DNA from: an uncultured Eubacteriales bacterium
Lineage (GTDB): Bacteria > Bacillota > Clostridia > Oscillospirales > Acutalibacteraceae
Assembly: GCA_900317395.1 (NCBI GenBank)
Contig: ONGS01000061.1
Span: 1 to 52,413, forward strand
Length of the DNA: 52,413 nucleotides
Direction of reading: 5' to 3'
Positions 47,691 through 52,413 of this stretch are shown here, one piece after another. Both the position numbers and the translations under genes were made by a program. Each line of letters begins with the position of its first letter. Position 1 is the first letter of the stretch. The notes beneath the pieces are model-generated. The model did no database searches. It worked only from the letters and a program-made list of their open reading frames with translations, and was not told where the DNA came from.

Positions 47691-47719
47691 TCCGAACGGA
47701 ACAAAAATGTCCGAACGGA
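47691..47719 (+). repeat. Two direct TCCGAACGGA repeats (19-bp period) abutting the -35 of the ECF operon
   Basis: Identical 10-mers at 47691-47700 and 47710-47719. An inverted CCGAAC lies at 47649-47654 and a partial TTCCGAG at 47728-47734. A candidate promoter follows (TTACAA 47720-47725, TATAGT 47744-47749). Confidence 0.6.
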
Positions 47720-47808
47720 TTACAAAATTCCGAGTTTTCGTGTTATAGTATAGATTGCAGTTAGTTCTATTTAACTGACAAAAATTATCATGTGAAAGGA
47801 AGAAAAAT

Positions 47809-48402
47809 ATGAGCGAGAAAAAAGAAAAGAAAGGATTAAGCGGACGTGACCTTATCAATATAGGGATCTATTCTGCAATTTATTTTGTAATAGTAATGGC
47901 ACTTGCTATGACAGGACTGATTCCGATTATGTTGATGTTGCTGTCCTCAATGATTGGAATACTGGGAGGTATTCCGTTTATGCTGTTTTTGACAAAAGTC
48001 AGAAAGCCCGGAATGATCTTTATTATGAGTCTTATCATGGGGATTCTAATGTTTGTTACAGGAATGACGTGGATGCCGATACCGTTTGCCATTCTGACAG
48101 GAATCATTGCAGAAATTACATACAGAGCGGGAAAATACAAAAGTATGAAGGCGGCGGTTCTGACAAGTGGTGTATTTCCTCTTTGGGCTTGCGGAAACTA
48201 TCTTCCGCTTTTCCTGCAAAGAGAAGAGTATTTTGCTGACAGATCCAATTACGGTCAGGAATATATTGATACTGTAATGAACCTGACGCCGGATTGGATG
48301 TTTTGGGCTTTGATCGTTATGACATTTGTTTGCGGAATTGTTGGCGGCTTTATCGGAAAGGTCCTGCTTAAAAAGCATTTTAAGAAAGCGGGGATCGCCT
48401 GA
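47809..48402 (+). CDS. Putative ECF-transporter substrate-binding (S) component, MptD/Trep_Strep-like
   Basis: 197 aa, about 6 TM, directly followed by EcfT and a fused EcfA. The family call is from memory of TIGR02185-type proteins and is not verified. Confidence 0.6.
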   Translation: MSEKKEKKGLSGRDLINIGIYSAIYFVIVMALAMTGLIPIMLMLLSSMIGILGGIPFMLFLTKVRKPGMIFIMSLIMGILMFVTGMTWMPIPFAILTGIIAEITYRAGKYKSMKAAVLTSGVFPLWACGNYLPLFLQREEYFADRSNYGQEYIDTVMNLTPDWMFWALIVMTFVCGIVGGFIGKVLLKKHFKKAGIA

Positions 48403-49107
48403 GTGGAAGCAAAGAAAAGTTTTCTTGACCCGAGAACAAAACTGTTGCTTGTATTAATTGAAGCTGTACTTGTGCTTGCAACGGCAGGAGGGGAAAGGCT
48501 GTGGATATTTCGGCTGATATTTACCTTTTTACCGTTTTTGCTGCTGATCACGGCGAAACGTTACGGAGTTTGCATCATTGGGGGAGGGATAATGGCAGTA
48601 ACGATTTTTCTGGATAATTTTGTATTTCCTTATGCCACAGGGATTATCGCAACAACTCTGCTCATTACCATTACCGTAATAACACGTTTTTTGCCTGCCT
48701 ATCTAATGGGTGCCTATGTTATTAGAACAACAAAGGTCAGTGAATTTAAAGCCGCTATGGAAAAAATGCGGATCCCTGATGAACTGACGATTCCAATGTG
48801 TGTGATGTTTCGTTTTTTTCCAACGGTCAGAGAGGAAAATGCCTCTATCCGTGCAGCTATGAAAATGCGGGGGATAGGATTAGGAGGAAAAAAAGCTTCC
48901 CGGATGCTTGAATACCGTTTGGTGCCGATGATATCGTGTACGGCAAAAATCGGGGAAGAACTTTCCGCAGCAGCTCTTACGAGAGGACTTGGAAAATCAA
49001 GAAAGCGCACAAACATATGTAAAATCGGATTTGGAATTTTTGATATGATGATCTTTGCTCTTACCGCTGCCATGATCATTTACCGGACAGTGGGGGTGTT
49101 TGTATGA
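48403..49107 (+). CDS. ecfT: ECF transporter transmembrane (T) component
   Basis: CbiQ/EcfT-type membrane protein with the coupling-helix motif IRAAMKMRGIG. GTG start immediately after the upstream stop. Confidence 0.8.
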   Translation: MEAKKSFLDPRTKLLLVLIEAVLVLATAGGERLWIFRLIFTFLPFLLLITAKRYGVCIIGGGIMAVTIFLDNFVFPYATGIIATTLLITITVITRFLPAYLMGAYVIRTTKVSEFKAAMEKMRIPDELTIPMCVMFRFFPTVREENASIRAAMKMRGIGLGGKKASRMLEYRLVPMISCTAKIGEELSAAALTRGLGKSRKRTNICKIGFGIFDMMIFALTAAMIIYRTVGVFV

Positions 49108-50504
49108 TAAAATTTGAACATGTTGATTTTACTTATGCTGCCGCACCCGAAAAGAAAAGTCTTTCAGATATTTCACTTGATATTGCGGACGGAGAGTGCC
49201 TTCTTCTGACGGGTGAATCCGGTTGCGGAAAATCAACTTTGCTGCGTTTGCTGAATGGTTTGATACCGGAATTTTATGACGGTGAAAGAAAAGGAAAAAT
49301 TATCGTTTCTGGAAAGGAAATTTCCGAAAGCAAAATAGATGATCTTGCAGGAAAAATCGGCACAGTATTTCAGAATCCGAGGTCGCAGTTTTTTAATGTA
49401 GATACGACAAGTGAGCTTGCATTCGGTTGTGAAAATCTTGCATTGCCCGAAATTGAAATTGTTTCAAGAATCCAAAAAACGGTATCGGATTTTCATATTC
49501 AAAATCTTACAAACAGAAATATTTTTGAACTTTCGGGAGGGGAAAAGCAAAAAATTGCCTGTGCATCCGTTGATGTGCTTCGTCCTGATCTTATCCTTCT
49601 TGACGAACCTTCCGCTAATCTTGATCATGACAGTACACAGTCCTTACGGCAGATGATAAAATGCTGGAAGGCAGAAGGCAGGACAATATTGATAGCGGAA
49701 CATAGAATTAATTATGTCATTGACCTTGCAGACAGAATGGTGATACTAAAAAACGGTAAAGTTGCCAATGATTTAGGAAAAACCGAAATTAGATCCTTGA
49801 CTGATGATACGTGTGAAAAATATGGTTTGCGTTCTATCAAAAATATCTCTCCATTGACACTTGCGAAAGAGCATCAAGAAAATGATTCTAAGGAATTGAT
49901 CAGATTGACAGATTTTTCTTATGCTTATCGTGGTGCAAAGAATATTCTGAGTATTAAAGAAATGACTGTGCCGAAAAACAGCGTTACAGCCATAGTAGGG
50001 ACAAACGGAACGGGAAAAACCACCTTTCTTGAATGTTTGTGTGGTATACGAAAGAATAAAGGCAGAATGATTTCAAACGGAAAAGTATATAAAAGTAAGG
50101 CGAGGTTAAAAGAAATATTTATGGTAATGCAGGATCCGAATCATCAGCTTTTTACCGAATCTGTCCTGGATGAGGTAATGATCAGTATGCCAACGGAAAA
50201 TGAGGAGAAAGCAAAGCAAATCCTGAATGAGGTTGACCTTTCGGATCATGCTGACAGACATCCTATGTCGCTTTCAGGGGGGCAAAAACAAAGAACAGCA
50301 CTTGCCTGTGCTATTGCTTCCGAAAGATCGATACTTTTGCTGGATGAACCGACAAGCGGACTTGACCTCAGACATATGCTTGAGGTTTCAGAAATATTAA
50401 AACAGCTTAAGGAGCAGGGAAGAACGATTCTTACTGTAACGCATGACAGTGAGTTTATCAAAAACTGCTGTGATAATGTGATAGAGTTGAGTGAGGTAAA
50501 ATAA
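49104..50504 (+). CDS. ECF transporter ATPase, fused tandem EcfA-EcfA'
   Basis: Two ABC domains: GESGCGKST with LSGGEKQK and LLDEP, then GTNGTGKTT with LSGGQKQR and LLDEP. Confidence 0.88.
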   Translation: MIKFEHVDFTYAAAPEKKSLSDISLDIADGECLLLTGESGCGKSTLLRLLNGLIPEFYDGERKGKIIVSGKEISESKIDDLAGKIGTVFQNPRSQFFNVDTTSELAFGCENLALPEIEIVSRIQKTVSDFHIQNLTNRNIFELSGGEKQKIACASVDVLRPDLILLDEPSANLDHDSTQSLRQMIKCWKAEGRTILIAEHRINYVIDLADRMVILKNGKVANDLGKTEIRSLTDDTCEKYGLRSIKNISPLTLAKEHQENDSKELIRLTDFSYAYRGAKNILSIKEMTVPKNSVTAIVGTNGTGKTTFLECLCGIRKNKGRMISNGKVYKSKARLKEIFMVMQDPNHQLFTESVLDEVMISMPTENEEKAKQILNEVDLSDHADRHPMSLSGGQKQRTALACAIASERSILLLDEPTSGLDLRHMLEVSEILKQLKEQGRTILTVTHDSEFIKNCCDNVIELSEVK

Positions 50505-51487
50505 TGGCTGAAAATAACGGAATAACCGTCTGGGGATCATTTCGTCATATGGCGGATATAGGAACATACAGGCTTGTTGCCGATACAGGTGAATGTGTTG
50601 TGATAAGAGTGGAAAATGAATCGGGCGAGGGTGACATGATAGTGCATAAGGTGTTTGACGGTGTATACCTAATGTATAATGATTTTCATATGTCTTATTA
50701 CAATTCCGAATATCAGACAATAGAAACGATGCTTGCTGTTGATTACTGCCGTGAGGGAAGTCTAACGTTGAACTGTGACAATGGCTTATATCAGCTTAAA
50801 AAAGCAGGCAGTGTTTGTATCGACTCCCGTGTACACCATAAGGGAAAAGTGTCTTTTCCGACAAACCATTTTCATGGGATTACAATCGGGTTTGAAAGTA
50901 AATTGGCAGAAAAAACACTGATGGAGCAGGTATCGGGAATACCTTTAGATCTTTATGCGATAAGGGATAAATTCTGCAAAAAAGAGAACACTTTTATGAT
51001 CAAAGAAAATAATGATCTGAAACGTCTTTTTACGGATCTTTATCATGTTCCTGAAAGAGCGAAGCAGAATTATTTCCGTGCAAAGGTTCTGGAGCTTCTG
51101 GTTTATCTTTCAGCAATAGAAACAGAAAATACTGCAAGCGAAAAAACCTATTTTTATAAAGACCATATTGAAAAAGCAGGTGCAGTTCAGCGGCTCATTA
51201 CCGAAGATTTAAAAGTAAGCCATACTATAGATGAGCTTTCAAAACATTTTGATATATCACCGACGGCACTGAAAAACTGCTTTAAGCATGTTTACGGAAA
51301 ACCAATTTTTACCTACCTGACTGAATATCGTATGCAGAAAGCGGCAGAGCTTCTTATTGGCAGGGCTGATTTAAGTATCGGAGATATTGCCTATTCCGTC
51401 GGATATGAAAGCGGCGGAAAGTTTTCCGGGGCGTTCAAAAAAATAATGGGCATGACTCCGAAGGAATATCGAAACCAGCCACATTAG
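50504..51487 (+). CDS. AraC-family transcriptional regulator
   Basis: C-terminal double HTH (IDELSKHFDISPTALKNCFK..., IGDIAYSVGYESGGKFSGAFKK) with an N-terminal cupin-like sensor. Its start overlaps the ATPase stop. Confidence 0.88.
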   Translation: MAENNGITVWGSFRHMADIGTYRLVADTGECVVIRVENESGEGDMIVHKVFDGVYLMYNDFHMSYYNSEYQTIETMLAVDYCREGSLTLNCDNGLYQLKKAGSVCIDSRVHHKGKVSFPTNHFHGITIGFESKLAEKTLMEQVSGIPLDLYAIRDKFCKKENTFMIKENNDLKRLFTDLYHVPERAKQNYFRAKVLELLVYLSAIETENTASEKTYFYKDHIEKAGAVQRLITEDLKVSHTIDELSKHFDISPTALKNCFKHVYGKPIFTYLTEYRMQKAAELLIGRADLSIGDIAYSVGYESGGKFSGAFKKIMGMTPKEYRNQPH

Positions 51488-51704
51488 AGGTGTATTTTGA
51501 AATTATAGATACTGAAGCGGTTTCTTAATTCGCACGATTTCGTTATTCATGACCGTAGGGATTTCTTATTTAAGCCCCCGACAAACAATCCTCGCCTCCT
51601 GAAAAACAGAGCGAGAAAGACAGGCGCAGACAGCTTCAAGCGGAGAGCAAGCAGTGCCGCAGTCACAACCACCATTCCCGAGACATCGAAAGATAGCATG
51701 ACAA

Positions 51705-51748
51705 AGCCGACAGGGTTTTCAAAATGAAGCTCTGTCGGCTATTTTTTT
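51705..51748 (+). terminator. Rho-independent terminator 218 nt after the AraC stop
   Basis: AGCCGACAG-N18-CTGTCGGCT followed by ATTTTTTT. Confidence 0.7.
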
Positions 51749-51909
51749 AGTATTCTCATTAAGGGGATGTAACGCTTTAATGCTTTCAAAAGTGCTGCTT
51801 ATGAGCCCTCTGAGGAGCGATTTTTGATAAGTAAGGTGATTTCATTACTTTGCAGGTTTGGGCGCTACACAATCCAAATAATTGCTTTACAGCGGTAAAA
51901 CAATTGTGT

Positions 51910-52014
51910 TCAAACATTCTCGCAACCCACAGCATTTGCTTTTTCGGATAATCTCAGGTCTGGCAACAGATAATCGCTCTGTTGTGTATAGCTGACTTCA
52001 AAATTGTGTTCCAT
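51910..52014 (-). pseudogene. Truncated TnpV-like (transposon-associated) gene fragment
   Basis: A GGAGGA RBS precedes a 34-codon ORF, MEHNFEVSYTQQSDYLLPDLRLSEKANAVGCENV*. The xYxQQGDYLLPxLxLPE pattern is what I recall for TnpV N-termini of clostridial conjugative or mobilisable transposons. The rest of the gene is not recoverable in any frame. Confidence 0.35.
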
Positions 52015-52293
52015 TATAAAATCCTCCAAAAATATATTCGCACATATATCACAGCACCCTGATTGCCACATTTTGTTATCACTTATTATCAGTTTTTCTT
52101 TCCCTTATCTTTGCCCTTGCGAGTTCTCGAGAACGATATAATAAAATGTGAAATCCTATGTCCGCATAAGGTGAGAAAACTGCGATAAACTCACTGTTTA
52201 TCAGGATATAGATTATTTCAAATTCAAATTTTAATTTATCTTAATAACTACGATCTTTTCGACTTGCTTCGGCGGTCCTTGCTTTTGTTTGAT

Positions 52294-52324
52294 AAAAAAC
52301 TCCCCACAGAAGTCTGTGAGGAGT
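52294..52324 (-). terminator. Rho-independent terminator following tRNA-Lys
   Basis: On the minus strand: CTCCTCACAG-ACTT-CTGTGGGGAG followed by TTTTTT. Confidence 0.75.
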
Positions 52325-52326
52325 TT

Positions 52327-52402
52327 TGGTGACCCATCGGGGATTCGAACCCCGGACACCTTGATTAAAAGTCAAGTGCTCTGCCAACTGAGCTAATGAG
52401 TC
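52327..52402 (-). tRNA. tRNA-Lys (anticodon TTT), CCA encoded
   Basis: Hand-folded cloverleaf: acceptor GACTCAT/ATGGGTC, D arm GCTC/GAGC, anticodon stem CTTGA/TCAAG with loop CTTTTAA, T arm CGGGG-TTCGAAT-CCCCG, 3' ACCA. Confidence 0.92.
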
Positions 52403-52413
52403 ATATTCAATTT

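Noticed and set aside
51538-51600. 17-codon ORF (MTVGISYLSPRQTILAS*) between the AraC stop and the terminator at 51705..51748.
   Set aside because: It has no RBS and no recognisable features. It is too short to support without expression data.
1-52413. CRISPR arrays, rRNA genes, intact transposases or integrases, retron or other defence-system signatures.
   Set aside because: No regularly spaced direct repeats with unique spacers were seen. No rRNA-like conserved blocks were seen either. No ORF has transposase, recombinase, reverse-transcriptase or typical defence-domain motifs. The only mobile-element trace is the TnpV-like stump.

Overview
This 52.4-kb window looks like it comes from a sporulating Clostridia-class Firmicute; spoIIGA-sigE, the gene order and Gram-positive-type promoters and RBSs support that inference. 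From 1 to about 41.6 kb it is mostly conserved housekeeping. The genes there are mtaB, an ABC-F ATPase, trmB, an OmpR/HK two-component pair, DUF1385-prmC, recA-recX, rimO, pgsA, rplS, lepB, rbgA, rnhB, yraN, a dipeptidase, thrC, tig-clpP-clpX, a HAD hydrolase, an RluA-family synthase, mazF, spoIIGA-sigE, MATE, LacI, tRNA-Leu, an orphan LytS-type kinase, and a TetR plus heterodimeric ABC exporter. From about 41.6 to 52.4 kb the content looks accessory: a ZIP transporter, an alpha/beta hydrolase, a four-gene SOS-mutagenesis-like cassette, an ECF transporter with an AraC regulator, an ORF-free decayed stretch with a TnpV-like fragment, and tRNA-Lys. The cassette runs XRE-S24 repressor, unknown 94-aa protein, Y-family polymerase, YolD-like protein. 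No CRISPR array, rRNA, intact transposase or integrase was seen. The observations I rank highest are: (a) a solitary MazF toxin with no antitoxin ORF, preceded by a ~284-nt element of three nested inverted repeats; (b) the S24/94-aa/PolY/YolD cassette with its uncharacterised small ORF; (c) a family of shuffled promoter-like sequence modules shared by four intergenic regions; (d) a catalytically degenerate signal-peptidase paralog next to lepB; (e) the decayed mobile-element remnant at the 3' side of tRNA-Lys. All product calls come from motifs read in the supplied translations plus recalled family knowledge. No database search was run.
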